Shown here: positions 18,888 through 27,511 of the stretch, one piece after another | Numbering within the stretch: the first letter of the stretch is position 1 | How the letters are laid out: each line of letters opens with the position of its first letter | Origin: a virus | Virus genome (UHGV): UHGV-1374697 | DNA: 64,000 nucleotides | Reading direction: 5' to 3' (one strand) | Made by a program: the position numbers and the translations under genes | Notes under the pieces: generated by a model | What the model was told of the DNA's origin: nothing | Seen by the model: the letters and a program-made list of their open reading frames with translations, nothing else | The model's database searches: none

Positions 18888-19333
18888 CGGTTTCTTTCTA
18901 CTTTGATTCCGTCTGGGGTTAGCTTCCCCATTGAGATTTGAAGATTAATAATGTTAGCCATCGACCGGGCTATCTCTTCGCCCCATTGCTTGAAATGAAG
19001 AGTGCCCAACGGGGTGGGGATTTCGTGAGTAATGCTTGCGACAACGTAGCCATCCAACATAACCCGAATTATATTCGAGCATACTTTTTCTACCTTGGCT
19101 TCCGTGGGTACGAGTTCGATTTCATACCACATGACCTCCTGTATCTCTTCATCTTCATCCCCTTGCGGGTAATGGACACGAACGACGCCAGCATCATCCT
19201 CGTCGGACACTACCCGAAGGATAGAATCGACGGGGATGCTATCTCCACAGGTCCCACATCTCCCCGTATCTACTCTGCGAACGATGTTGCCGTACTTAAA
19301 TCTGCTCTTACCTTTTCCGGGCTCTACTTTCAT
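18884..19333 (-). CDS. hypothetical protein with a KOW/SH3-like KxGxxVRR motif (149 aa)
   Basis: ORF with an ATGA-type overlap to its neighbours. The N-terminus SRFKYGNIVRRVDTG is paralogous to motifs in 19330..19743 and 27630..28037. Confidence 0.5.
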   Translation of the reverse strand: MKVEPGKGKSRFKYGNIVRRVDTGRCGTCGDSIPVDSILRVVSDEDDAGVVRVHYPQGDEDEEIQEVMWYEIELVPTEAKVEKVCSNIIRVMLDGYVVASITHEIPTPLGTLHFKQWGEEIARSMANIINLQISMGKLTPDGIKVERNR

Positions 19334-19743
19334 TTCTTTTCTTTTTCGTTTATATCAGGTAATATGACATGCTCGTTAAGGTCCTCAACGATTTGATTAG
19401 CCCAGTCCACTACTTCCTCGCACATATCGACCTCTTGGTCGCCCAGCCGGTACTTGGTAGGTATGCGGAGAACGGGCTGATAGTTGAAGAGGATGATAGC
19501 CTCGTCCCGTGTGTATCGGACGAAGACTTCATGTTTGGTCTCTTCCACTAGCTCAAACTCGTAGAAGGGATACCACTTCCCTTCGTTGTCCTCGGTCTTG
19601 ACAAGGATGCAGTGGTTCCTATCTTCTCCGCCTTGAACATACGCTAAGGAACCCTCCGCTAGGCTCTCCCATATTTCTGGATGCCTTCCTGTGTTGATGA
19701 ACCGAACAAGGTCTCCCTTTTTGAATCTGCGCTTATCTGTCAT
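19330..19743 (-). CDS. hypothetical protein with a KOW/SH3-like motif (137 aa)
   Basis: The first ATG at 19800 overlaps the upstream gene by 61 nt. The ATG at 19743 (MTDKRRFKKGDLVRFINTG) gives a 4-nt overlap with the stop of 19740..19988. Confidence 0.5.
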   Translation of the reverse strand: MTDKRRFKKGDLVRFINTGRHPEIWESLAEGSLAYVQGGEDRNHCILVKTEDNEGKWYPFYEFELVEETKHEVFVRYTRDEAIILFNYQPVLRIPTKYRLGDQEVDMCEEVVDWANQIVEDLNEHVILPDINEKEKK

Positions 19744-19988
19744 TGATGTTGTTCCTTTTCGACGAAGGTAATCCCCGTGTCGGATTCTTCCGTCGTGCAT
19801 TTCTTAATCTTGTCACGAAGTTCGATTGCCATTTTGAGGGCACAGTCCCTTGTCGGAAGTCCCTTCTCATCCTCGCTCCTGTGATAGGGGAACATAGCGA
19901 TACGGTAGTTTCGATGAATCACCGCAATGATTCCTGCTCGCGGGTATTCCATTAAGAAGGTTTCCAGTAGATATTTATCGTTGGTCAT
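19740..19988 (-). CDS. small paralog family member 1 (82 aa, divergent)
   Basis: Member of a tandem array of six overlapping genes of about 80 aa. It shares the G(I/F)xxV...F.YxR..DE...T...A.K.A..L..KI.K arrangement with the others. Confidence 0.5.
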   Translation of the reverse strand: MTNDKYLLETFLMEYPRAGIIAVIHRNYRIAMFPYHRSEDEKGLPTRDCALKMAIELRDKIKKCTTEESDTGITFVEKEQHQ

Positions 19989-20223
19989 TGTTGTTCCTTT
20001 CCCGTTTAACGAGTTTAAATCCTTTTTTGGTTTCGATAATCATGCTCTTGTCAATTTTGCGGACTAGCTTCTCGGTCAGCTTCTTGGCTTGCTTCTTGGT
20101 GAAATGTCCTTCCTCGCCTTCCGTGCAATAGTAAAAGGCGGCAACGCAACAGTTTTCAAGCATGACCCGGAAAAATCCGGCAACGGGGTCATCTACGGTG
20201 GTAATATTTAGAGTGTCAGTCAT
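19975..20223 (-). CDS. small paralog family member 2 (82 aa)
   Basis: MTDTLNITTVDDPVAGFFRVMLENCCVAAFYYC...FTKKQAKKLTEKLVRKIDKS. About 75% identical to member 4, and overlaps its neighbours by 8-14 nt. Confidence 0.6.
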   Translation of the reverse strand: MTDTLNITTVDDPVAGFFRVMLENCCVAAFYYCTEGEEGHFTKKQAKKLTEKLVRKIDKSMIIETKKGFKLVKRERNNNDQR

Positions 20224-20452
20224 TAGTATTGTTCCTTTTAAGTTTGATTCCCATCTTTGTTTCTATGACCGTGCTCTTCTCAATTTTGCGGGCGAGCTTG
20301 TCAGCTAGTTTCTTAGCTTGCTTCTTGGTGAAGAAGCCACTTTCCTCTGCCACGCAATAGTTGAAAACGGCGACGCAACTTCCCATGTGCTTGACGCGGA
20401 ACATTCCGCTAGTAGGGAGGTCATAAATACGGGTATCTGAATCGTTATTCAT
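20216..20452 (-). CDS. small paralog family member 3 (78 aa)
   Basis: ...GMFRVKHMGSCVAVFNYCVAEESGFFTKKQAKKLADKLARKIEKS. Overlaps both neighbours by 8 nt. Confidence 0.6.
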   Translation of the reverse strand: MNNDSDTRIYDLPTSGMFRVKHMGSCVAVFNYCVAEESGFFTKKQAKKLADKLARKIEKSTVIETKMGIKLKRNNTND

Positions 20453-20681
20453 TGATGTTGTTCCTTTCCAATTTGATTCCCTTTTCGGTTTCGATAATCA
20501 TGCTCTTCTCGATTTTGCGGGCGAGCTTGTCGGCTAGTTTCTTAGCTTGCTTCTTGGTGAAGAAGCCACTATCATCTTTCACGCAATAGTAAAAGGTGGC
20601 AACGCAACAGTTTTCAAGCAGGACCCAGAAAAATCCGATATCGGGGTCATCTATGGTGGTAATATTTAGAGTGTCAGTCAT
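20445..20681 (-). CDS. small paralog family member 4 (78 aa)
   Basis: MTDTLNITTIDDPDIGFFWVLLENCCVATFYYCVKDDSGFFTKKQAKKLADKLARKIEKS. Confidence 0.6.
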   Translation of the reverse strand: MTDTLNITTIDDPDIGFFWVLLENCCVATFYYCVKDDSGFFTKKQAKKLADKLARKIEKSMIIETEKGIKLERNNINE

Positions 20682-20913
20682 CGATGTTGAAAATGATTTG
20701 GTTAAGTGATACTCCCTCGATGGTACAAACTGTCCCTCTGCTAACTATGTAGCGGGCAATCTTCGTTGCCAGTTTCTTTGCGGAATCTCGTGTCATATAT
20801 CCTTGTTCACCAGAGCCTGTGCAGTAAAGAAAATCTGCAATGACACTTCCACAGTGAGTTACTCGGAAGAATCCAAATCCTTTGTCTTCTAAAATAGCTA
20901 CTTTGTCGTTCAT
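20674..20913 (-). CDS. small paralog family member 5 (79 aa)
   Basis: ...GFGFFRVTHCGSVIADFLYCTGSGEQGYMTRDSAKKLATKIARYI. Has the same architecture but is more divergent. Confidence 0.55.
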   Translation of the reverse strand: MNDKVAILEDKGFGFFRVTHCGSVIADFLYCTGSGEQGYMTRDSAKKLATKIARYIVSRGTVCTIEGVSLNQIIFNIDD

Positions 20914-20916
20914 GGT

Positions 20917-21171
20917 TTATTCGTCTTTGATTGTACAGTCCGTCGGGTAAAGGTCAATGCCCCTTTCTGTCATAACAGGATTCGTGTGGATGAGATGGCG
21001 AGCAACCATCTTCGCCATTTCTATAGCCCTTTCGCGCGTGGGATAACACTGTTCCTTCTCGTCTCCCTCCCGACAATAGTTAAAGATGGCAAAGGTATCT
21101 CCATCATATTTCACCTTGAGGATTCCTACTCTCTTATTATCTACAATACTAATCTCGTTGGTCTTCTCCAT
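20917..21171 (-). CDS. small paralog family member 6 (84 aa)
   Basis: ...VGILKVKYDGDTFAIFNYCREGDEKEQCYPTRERAIEMAKMVARHL. A divergent member. Confidence 0.5.
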   Translation of the reverse strand: MEKTNEISIVDNKRVGILKVKYDGDTFAIFNYCREGDEKEQCYPTRERAIEMAKMVARHLIHTNPVMTERGIDLYPTDCTIKDE

Positions 21172-21175
21172 TGGT

Positions 21176-21679
21176 CTATGCGTTTGCGGTTTCTATTTTT
21201 GAGGGGTCGCCGGGAATGGCAATCTCCCAACAGAAGGAGGCGATGAAATCGTTGCGAAGAGTTACCTCTTCTCCGACTTTATACCATCCATCGGGAAGGA
21301 GATAATCCCTCTTCATATCAATGGCGGCTCCTGCCTCTATTGGTTCCAACGCCATGAAACGGTAGTCCCATTCGCCGCTCTCGGTCTTGAACGATTGCAG
21401 GATGAACCAAGGAGTAACGTCGGCATCTCCATCCTCGGTTTCCTCCCCAGTAGGCGTTCCTACGACGCGGGCACAATAACCGTTCCTCATGTTCTCCAAG
21501 GCAACCCCGAAGGGCAGGTTGAAGTGAGAGAGGGAATAGGCAATAACGCCCCATGTCAAGGACCGGGCGCGGGAGCAAACCCCGTCAAGCCTTGGAAGTA
21601 CCGTGGCTATTACTTCGGGGTTGCTCTCCGGGCCGTCGGAACAAAGAAAAAATTCTCGGACGCGAGTTGTTGTAGGCAT
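21176..21679 (-). CDS. hypothetical protein (167 aa)
   Basis: ORF contiguous with the array, with gaps of 4-8 nt. Confidence 0.5.
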   Translation of the reverse strand: MPTTTRVREFFLCSDGPESNPEVIATVLPRLDGVCSRARSLTWGVIAYSLSHFNLPFGVALENMRNGYCARVVGTPTGEETEDGDADVTPWFILQSFKTESGEWDYRFMALEPIEAGAAIDMKRDYLLPDGWYKVGEEVTLRNDFIASFCWEIAIPGDPSKIETANA

Positions 21680-21687
21680 GGGTTCTA

Positions 21688-22059
21688 TTAGACGTAATTG
21701 TTCAGTAGTCCGTAAATCTTTTGGGCACTCTGCTCGAAGTCCTCTGCCAGTTTCCTTAGCGCGGGTTCATTCCCGGCAATGGTGTAGAGGTAGGGAACGA
21801 TGTCATGTAGGATGACATTTCTGTACAGGATAATGCAATTAGTAGAAGTATCGGGCAACACGGGACGCACCAACATGGGCTTTACCTTCCAGTCGCGGCC
21901 ATGTAGTCCGAGATAGGTTTCAATGAAACTGTCGGCAATGCCGCCCAATTCTTCTACCGCATCATCGTATCGTTCATGATGGAATCCACTACTTGTCTGG
22001 TAATGGAGGACCTTCAGGACGGGGTAGAGTTGCAGGATGTGGGATAAATCTAATTGCAT
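21688..22059 (-). CDS. hypothetical protein (123 aa)
   Basis: Tightly packed ORF. Confidence 0.5.
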   Translation of the reverse strand: MQLDLSHILQLYPVLKVLHYQTSSGFHHERYDDAVEELGGIADSFIETYLGLHGRDWKVKPMLVRPVLPDTSTNCIILYRNVILHDIVPYLYTIAGNEPALRKLAEDFEQSAQKIYGLLNNYV

Positions 22060-22061
22060 GG

Positions 22062-22514
22062 TTAGATGATTTGAAGTGTGAAGGGGAAGGTGCGGGTCCA
22101 GTCAACCGTATTGGAGAACTCAACAGTCATCCAGTAGGTCCCGGCAGGATATTCGTCAGAATCTAATTCAAAGATGTCCGTAGGAAGGATAATGGTGTCA
22201 GCAGTGCCTCCGGGTTTCTCCGGGGACGTCATGCCAGACGCGACTGTCTTCCATACAGGCAAGGCTCCGGCGTTGAGCGGGGCTAACTGAATCTTCCATG
22301 TAAAGGGGTTTGACAGGGAGATGTTGCCAAGAAGAGCCGAGGCATGGGAGAAATTAAACCAGATGTCTCCCTTAAATCCCGCACCAAGAGGGAGGATAAG
22401 AGAGGACATTCCATGCTGAACTTCCAACGTGGGATTTACGCTTACCTGTTCGTAGTTCGCCTTGCGAATGAACTGTCCGAGGCTTCCGTCAAAATATAAT
22501 TGGTTGGTATTCAT
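22062..22514 (-). CDS. hypothetical beta-rich protein (150 aa)
   Basis: Tightly packed ORF with no recognised motif. Confidence 0.5.
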   Translation of the reverse strand: MNTNQLYFDGSLGQFIRKANYEQVSVNPTLEVQHGMSSLILPLGAGFKGDIWFNFSHASALLGNISLSNPFTWKIQLAPLNAGALPVWKTVASGMTSPEKPGGTADTIILPTDIFELDSDEYPAGTYWMTVEFSNTVDWTRTFPFTLQII

Positions 22515-22528
22515 GGTGTGAATGAAGA

Positions 22529-23206
22529 TTAAATATTCTGTTTGGGTTTGTCAACATTAATCTGCACGCGGCGCGGATAATCCGCGGAGCATGGGGCGGT
22601 GCTTGCGCTCTTTTCCCAGCCGCGTTTCACGGCAATGTCGAGAACCTCCTTGTCGTATTGGTAGTCGAGGCTCACTCCGAAGTGTCCAGCGAACGCGTCA
22701 TGATAGACATAATAGATATTTCTCATCTTCTTAATGGCTTTCAGGTCGCTATCGTGCCGGAACCCCCACACACTACCATCAACTATGCTGGTCCATGCAG
22801 GGTAGTCTTCGATGTTCGTCCGCTTCATTCCCATGTATGCGGAGATGAAGATGACATCCTTCTCGGTAGCTATCTGGCTAGCCATAACGTCGAGAAGGTC
22901 CGCTTCGCGCACCGGGCATTGAGTATCGAGCACCATGATGTCCATTCCCGCATGCTCCGCGGCGATGGAGAGGATGGCTTCATCGGGTGCGTCAGGGACG
23001 CGGGCAACGTTCAGCCCCTCCGCTTTGCCCCATGAAAGAACGCCAAGGTCCTCGGACATGACGGTAATGCGCTCGCCGGGGATGTGCAGGGATTTAAGAT
23101 AATTGACCGTGTAATGGATTAGGTTTGATTCCCTCTCCGGCCAATGAAGGGAGGGGTTATACGCGCTAATGATGTAATGGAAGTTATTGTCCATGCCCGC
23201 CATCAT
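22529..23206 (-). CDS. putative GT-A-fold glycosyltransferase (225 aa)
   Basis: The N-terminus FHYIISAYNPSL resembles the start of the nucleotide-binding strand of GT2 enzymes. The match is weak. It sits next to a clearer GT2 gene. Confidence 0.4.
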   Translation of the reverse strand: MMAGMDNNFHYIISAYNPSLHWPERESNLIHYTVNYLKSLHIPGERITVMSEDLGVLSWGKAEGLNVARVPDAPDEAILSIAAEHAGMDIMVLDTQCPVREADLLDVMASQIATEKDVIFISAYMGMKRTNIEDYPAWTSIVDGSVWGFRHDSDLKAIKKMRNIYYVYHDAFAGHFGVSLDYQYDKEVLDIAVKRGWEKSASTAPCSADYPRRVQINVDKPKQNI

Positions 23207-23249
23207 ACACAGGAGAAGATTCTGGTCAAGAAATTTTTAATTGGTATGA

Positions 23250-23315
23250 CACAACGGAGAACCCACGGAACCCATTGTGACCGTTTGGCCGTGGGTTCCG
23301 TGGGTTCCGTGGGAG
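23250..23315. promoter_or_regulatory. inverted and direct repeats of the GGAACCCACGG / CCGTGGGTTCC motif in a 159-nt intergenic gap
   Basis: gagaACCCACGGAACCCattgtgaccgtttggccGTGGGTTCCGTGGGTTCCGTGGGag. Two 13-bp inverted arms with an extra direct copy. The same motif recurs at 53279-53330, 54020-54045, 55600-55640, 56987-57047, 60906-60930 and 61010-61034. Confidence 0.5.
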
Positions 23316-23365
23316 TTTAACGTCCTGACATTTCGATGTACGAAATCGATAAGCCAGTTGTACTG

Positions 23366-24118
23366 CTACATTGAATTGTCAGAAGGAAAGACACATTCAC
23401 GTAACTCCTTCATGGCTAATGCCCTAAGTCTTCTCGGCTTGAAGGAGGGCATAACCATACCGAAGGTGACCACGGAAAAGTGTTTATACTTTTCCGGGGT
23501 TACGGTGAAGCTCATCCAGTTCCATGCAGTCCATCTCGCCGAAGGGGTCGATGGCGTCCAAGGAAACTCTTTAAGAATGTTTTCCTCTCCCACGATAGTG
23601 GAAGCCAGTCGATATATCTCTAAATCTTCCGGAGCCGTTTCTGACCAATCTGTCCAAGACAAAGATTTCTGAAATGCTTGCTTTGCCAGCTTCCCCGTCA
23701 TGGCATAACATGTTCCGTGTATATAGTAAATGTTCTTCCATGCAGTATAGCGTGAGCTACATCCAGCCATGCTCTTCCCCTGCGCTAGCATGTCTTCAAT
23801 CCAGTCCGCAGACAGAAGACAAGTATCGGAATCTAGCTTTATCACAATGTCCTCGTCTCCAACATCTTGTGCTAGGTAGGAGAGGATGCCTCGCACACAT
23901 TCGGGACCGTTAAGATTTCCCCTTCGATTAAATTGGCTTCGCTCATAATGTGTGGCTCCCGCTTGTAGGAACTGGGTTTCTGCGCCTTCCGTACACGGGG
24001 AATTTCCATCATCGACTACAGTAATAACTGCATGAGGGAGAGTTTTTCTCGCGCAACGTACACATTCCAGCGCATCTGGCTGGTCTCTTCTGTAAGTGAA
24101 TATATAGATGTAAGTCAT
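23366..24118 (-). CDS. family 2 (GT-A) glycosyltransferase
   Basis: 250 aa. HAVITVVDDGNS matches the canonical GT2 (I/V)VDDGS nucleotide-binding motif, and IKLDSDT provides the DxD motif. Confidence 0.65.
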   Translation of the reverse strand: MTYIYIFTYRRDQPDALECVRCARKTLPHAVITVVDDGNSPCTEGAETQFLQAGATHYERSQFNRRGNLNGPECVRGILSYLAQDVGDEDIVIKLDSDTCLLSADWIEDMLAQGKSMAGCSSRYTAWKNIYYIHGTCYAMTGKLAKQAFQKSLSWTDWSETAPEDLEIYRLASTIVGEENILKEFPWTPSTPSARWTAWNWMSFTVTPEKYKHFSVVTFGMVMPSFKPRRLRALAMKELRECVFPSDNSM

Positions 24119-24130
24119 GGGGGTGGGGGT

Positions 24131-24691
24131 TTAAGCAGGACCAAAGACAAATTCAGAACCAATGAATACGGCTCCTCTGTGTAATTGCTGAATGTACCCG
24201 TTGGTTCCTTTTCGAGTTCGAGCTACGGGAAGAGAAAAGAAGGCATCCGGCGATGGCACACTACTTACCATAGACAGACCATAATCATCTCTATTGACGT
24301 TAAGATACCATATAATATCATCATCAAGGGGCGCCCTTTCTCCGCTTGCTACGGGGTGTAAATTTCCGGGAGCACCACCTATGTTAAAAACTGCGCTTCC
24401 AGATACAATAACCCCGGCCACAAACATGACCGCCGCGTTAGGTCCGGAATCCGTTGGGTTATACACGATGGAGAACATGCTCTCTTCCCGGTTGCGCATG
24501 AGGGGGTCATCATTATATACCGGGGTATGGAACGTCCCTATATCACTATCCCCATAGACAGGGGCAATCGGGTCCGGCATTGAATCAAACGGCGGGGCCT
24601 CATTAAACATCTCCGTACCCACGGGAACCGAGGGTACGGGATGATTAAAGAGGTCAGGAGCTTGTGGAATCTCTTGATACTCTTCTGCCAT
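24131..24691 (-). CDS. hypothetical protein (about 186 aa)
   Basis: The first ATG at 24733 overlaps the upstream gene by 41 nt. The ATG at 24691 (MAEEYQEIPQ) lies 1 nt after the upstream stop at 24693-24695. Confidence 0.5.
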   Translation of the reverse strand: MAEEYQEIPQAPDLFNHPVPSVPVGTEMFNEAPPFDSMPDPIAPVYGDSDIGTFHTPVYNDDPLMRNREESMFSIVYNPTDSGPNAAVMFVAGVIVSGSAVFNIGGAPGNLHPVASGERAPLDDDIIWYLNVNRDDYGLSMVSSVPSPDAFFSLPVARTRKGTNGYIQQLHRGAVFIGSEFVFGPA

Positions 24692-24692
24692 A

Positions 24693-25127
24693 TTATTTAC
24701 AGAATTCCTTGCTGGGAATGATGACAGGAGCAACCTCGCTCTTGGGCTGTTCCTGCGTAAAGGTCAACCTTCCGGGGCTAACAATTACACAAGATTCTCC
24801 ATTGCAGATAACTGCACGGTCCTTACTCACATCCGCGTAGGTGCAACTACTCTGCCCCAATGCTCCAAACATGGCTAAAGCTCCAAGGGCGGCACTAATA
24901 ATCCCGGAGATGATAGTCTTGTACTTGCCGGGTACGCCAAGCTGGACACAGTACTTCGCCGTCAGCTGGGCAAAGATGTCAGCCTCTCCCTTGATTAGTT
25001 TGCCCGCCATGTTCATGTAGGGCTTTTTCTTTACCGCGGTGAGCTGGTCCCACGGGGTTGGAAGTTCGGCCATGCTATAGAGCTTGGCCGCGACTTCTGC
25101 CTGTTCATTGAGATTATTCTTTTCCAT
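24693..25127 (-). CDS. membrane protein (144 aa, one central transmembrane helix)
   Basis: The hydrophobic segment IISGIISAALGALAMFGALG. Confidence 0.5.
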   Translation of the reverse strand: MEKNNLNEQAEVAAKLYSMAELPTPWDQLTAVKKKPYMNMAGKLIKGEADIFAQLTAKYCVQLGVPGKYKTIISGIISAALGALAMFGALGQSSCTYADVSKDRAVICNGESCVIVSPGRLTFTQEQPKSEVAPVIIPSKEFCK

Positions 25128-25132
25128 GTTGA

Positions 25133-25486
25133 TTAGATTGTTTGTGGCCGGAAGATGTCACGACAGAAAGTGATACCTTTCGGAGTTAGTTTACTTTTAG
25201 TCTGTCTCCTCGACCCCCTCACTCCCTCGTATTCAATATACCCTTTTTCTTCCAGCTTGCGCAGGATAGAGTAAAGAGAAGATATGGGGATGCGAGTGCT
25301 CTCACTTATTGTAGGATTCTCATGTTTCTGCTCGAAGCCATTGGCGTGCATGTACAGAAGAACACGAACATAGTCGAGAGGGAGCGAAGGGTCAAGAAGG
25401 TCAATATTCAGAAGGAGACCGAGCAAGGCTCGCTGATTGCTCTGGCCCTTCTGTATGGTTCTGGTTGTGGAGTAGGTCGTTCTCAT
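25133..25486 (-). CDS. PadR-like winged-helix transcriptional regulator
   Basis: 117 aa. ISSLYSILRKLEEKGYIEYEGVRGSRRQTKSKLTPKG matches the PadR recognition helix and wing pattern (tlYpxLxrLExxGlixxxxxxxxxrrrkyYxlTxxG). Confidence 0.5.
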   Translation of the reverse strand: MRTTYSTTRTIQKGQSNQRALLGLLLNIDLLDPSLPLDYVRVLLYMHANGFEQKHENPTISESTRIPISSLYSILRKLEEKGYIEYEGVRGSRRQTKSKLTPKGITFCRDIFRPQTI

Positions 25487-25959
25487 ACGTCAGAGCTATC
25501 TAAACCTAAATGGGACAACAAGTCAACTATGTTGTACGCAAATCGTGTTCTACGCCCGCGAGGGTCACTATCATCACGATACCGTACACGTTGAACTTTG
25601 CCCCGCTTGAAGAGGGTGGTCAGATACGCAGGGGACTTTAGTCCCGTAGATTCCAATGCGGTAGCTACATCAACGTACCCTTCCGGGATATTGTCATATA
25701 GGCCTTTGACCTGCATCTGAATATATTCATTGGCTCCTTCCCCTTCCCAGTACATGGTATGCCCACAACGAACGTGTTTGACCTTCAATCGGTTCAGGGC
25801 GTGAATTACCCACACGGAGCTTCTCCCAATTTTATCGGCAATCTCCCCGGTGGCAATGTAGCCCTTCGGTATGTTCTTTACCGGGGGAGTACTATGCCGT
25901 GGCCTCCGTGGATGTTTCAATCCGGGATGGACGATTAGTCCTCTACTGTTCTTCTTCAT
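25483..25959 (-). CDS. putative HTH DNA-binding protein (158 aa)
   Basis: IATGEIADKIGRSSVWVIHAL is HTH-like. It overlaps the PadR-like gene by 4 nt. Confidence 0.45.
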   Translation of the reverse strand: MKKNSRGLIVHPGLKHPRRPRHSTPPVKNIPKGYIATGEIADKIGRSSVWVIHALNRLKVKHVRCGHTMYWEGEGANEYIQMQVKGLYDNIPEGYVDVATALESTGLKSPAYLTTLFKRGKVQRVRYRDDSDPRGRRTRFAYNIVDLLSHLGLDSSDV

Positions 25960-26042
25960 GCAGGGGTAAAGTCGTTGTCGTTATTGTTCTCGATGATGTA
26001 GTAGAAGAGAATACCGAGAAGAAATCCGATTAGTGTGTACAT
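25956..26042 (-). CDS. 28-aa hydrophobic micro-ORF (MYTLIGFLLGILFYYIIENNNDNDFTPA) coupled to the HTH gene
   Basis: Hand-translated from the 87-nt gap. Its TGA overlaps the ATG of 25483..25959 as an ATGA. It falls below the ORF-track size cutoff. Confidence 0.3.
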   Translation of the reverse strand: MYTLIGFLLGILFYYIIENNNDNDFTPA

Positions 26043-26046
26043 ACGT

Positions 26047-26277
26047 TTAGCGTGAGAGTTTCGTTGCATGGTTCAATGCGTCATTGGGAATTAGGAGAAT
26101 TTCATCCGCGGTCGTATATCCACCGTTATATGGTACGACGAAGGAGAATCCATCCGCGATGAGCTTGTCGATAAGCTCTGTGTCCGAGAGGATAGCAAGG
26201 AGAGCTGGGGACATGAGTTTCTCTCCCAGAAGGAAGTTACGCAGTTGTTTAATTTGTCCAATGTATGGTAGGTTCAT
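26047..26277 (-). CDS. hypothetical protein (76 aa)
   Basis: An ORF only. Confidence 0.4.
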   Translation of the reverse strand: MNLPYIGQIKQLRNFLLGEKLMSPALLAILSDTELIDKLIADGFSFVVPYNGGYTTADEILLIPNDALNHATKLSR

Positions 26278-26374
26278 GAGATAAAATGTTATGCGGCGAG
26301 GTCTCCCTCCGCGATTAGTATTGAGTTAATGGGGAGGACGAATCCTCCCCCGCTAATGGTTGTCCAGTGAGCGT

Positions 26375-27511
26375 TCATTTTTCTTGGGACTTCATAGTTA
26401 ATACGAAGCTATTCCAGCGGGCTACCGCTTCTTCGCGAGTGCGGCCATGAATGGAAATGCTATGAGGAAGAAGCTTGGCCCCGTTGCAGACGACATAGCA
26501 ATGTTCCTCTCCGGGATAGATGGTTTCCCCCACGACCTCCGGGATTTCTCCACAGTAGGGGCAGGGTCGAGGATGGGCATTGCGTTCATTCACGAACCGG
26601 AGTGCCGCTTGCTTCACTCTTTCGGCAAACATATCAACAATATGCTTCGGCACAATGTGCTTCAGCACAATTCCTTCGTCCCCGGAATCCGTGGCTTCCT
26701 CGTAGTTCAGGAGATGGCCCAGCCCTTCGTCGAAACAGGAGAGACAGGGTTCCACAGATTTGTCCAGATTTTTGTACTTACATGTATCACATGTGGGTCT
26801 CATGATGGTCTCTTCCCCATCCTTGTCCTCCGCTTCTTCATATTCCGGGTACTCAATTCCCCGCTCCCGTCGGCAATGTGAGCATGGAGGATTGCAACGG
26901 AGGTTATCCCGGTGAGTGCAAGTATTGCACGGTTCGATGACATCGTCGTTCTCGTCCGTACCTTCGGCACATGGGGTTGCCTCGTCGGGAGTGTAGTTAT
27001 CATACCAGTTGCAGGAGTGACAGGGTTCCACAGACCTATCCAGATTTTTGTACTTACAGGTGTCACAGGTCCGCTTCAACAATTCTTCTTCCTGCTTCCT
27101 CCGCGCAGATTCATCTGGGGTATAATTCTGATAGCCGTTGCAGGAGATGCAGGGTTCCTCTTCGATAGATACCCCCTTATGTTTACATGTCAGACAGGTA
27201 GGACCAGCCATCTCGGCTTCCCTCTGCTTTATCACTTCCCGCTTCATCATCTCCATCTCTACCAATTTGTTGGTATCGGAGGTGAAGCTGGGAAGTCCGG
27301 GAGTGAGAGCACACTTCCGGCAAGGGGATTGCACTATCGGGACATCGCGGAATTTGCAGAGGGAGCACCTCCGTGCATCCTCGCTTGCCGCGGTGTCCGT
27401 CGCTTGCGTGGATTCAAAGTGGCTAAAGTCCTTGTCGCAGGAAGCACAGGGTTCCGCGGTTTCGGGGAGGTGGCTGTATTTGCAGGTCCAACAATTTGGT
27501 TCGTCGGTCAT
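26375..27511 (-). CDS. protein with seven tandem CxxC-N11-13-CxxC zinc-ribbon repeats (378 aa)
   Basis: Repeated modules such as TCDTCKYKNLDKSVEPCLSC and TCDTCKYKNLDRSVEPCHSC. About 90 nt of the DNA is duplicated with a 276-nt period (around 26743 and 27019). The C-terminus has CPYCGE...CYVVCNG. Confidence 0.65.
   Translation of the reverse strand: MTDEPNCWTCKYSHLPETAEPCASCDKDFSHFESTQATDTAASEDARRCSLCKFRDVPIVQSPCRKCALTPGLPSFTSDTNKLVEMEMMKREVIKQREAEMAGPTCLTCKHKGVSIEEEPCISCNGYQNYTPDESARRKQEEELLKRTCDTCKYKNLDRSVEPCHSCNWYDNYTPDEATPCAEGTDENDDVIEPCNTCTHRDNLRCNPPCSHCRRERGIEYPEYEEAEDKDGEETIMRPTCDTCKYKNLDKSVEPCLSCFDEGLGHLLNYEEATDSGDEGIVLKHIVPKHIVDMFAERVKQAALRFVNERNAHPRPCPYCGEIPEVVGETIYPGEEHCYVVCNGAKLLPHSISIHGRTREEAVARWNSFVLTMKSQEK

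Noticed and set aside
26278-26374. 28-aa ORF (MNAHWTTISGGGFVLPINSILIAEGDLAA) starting with an ATGA overlap at the stop of the zinc-ribbon gene
   Set aside because: It is not hydrophobic, it spans a GC-rich hairpin (GGGGAGGA-cgaa-TCCTCCCC) that more likely acts as an RNA structural element, and it has no compositional resemblance to neighbouring genes.
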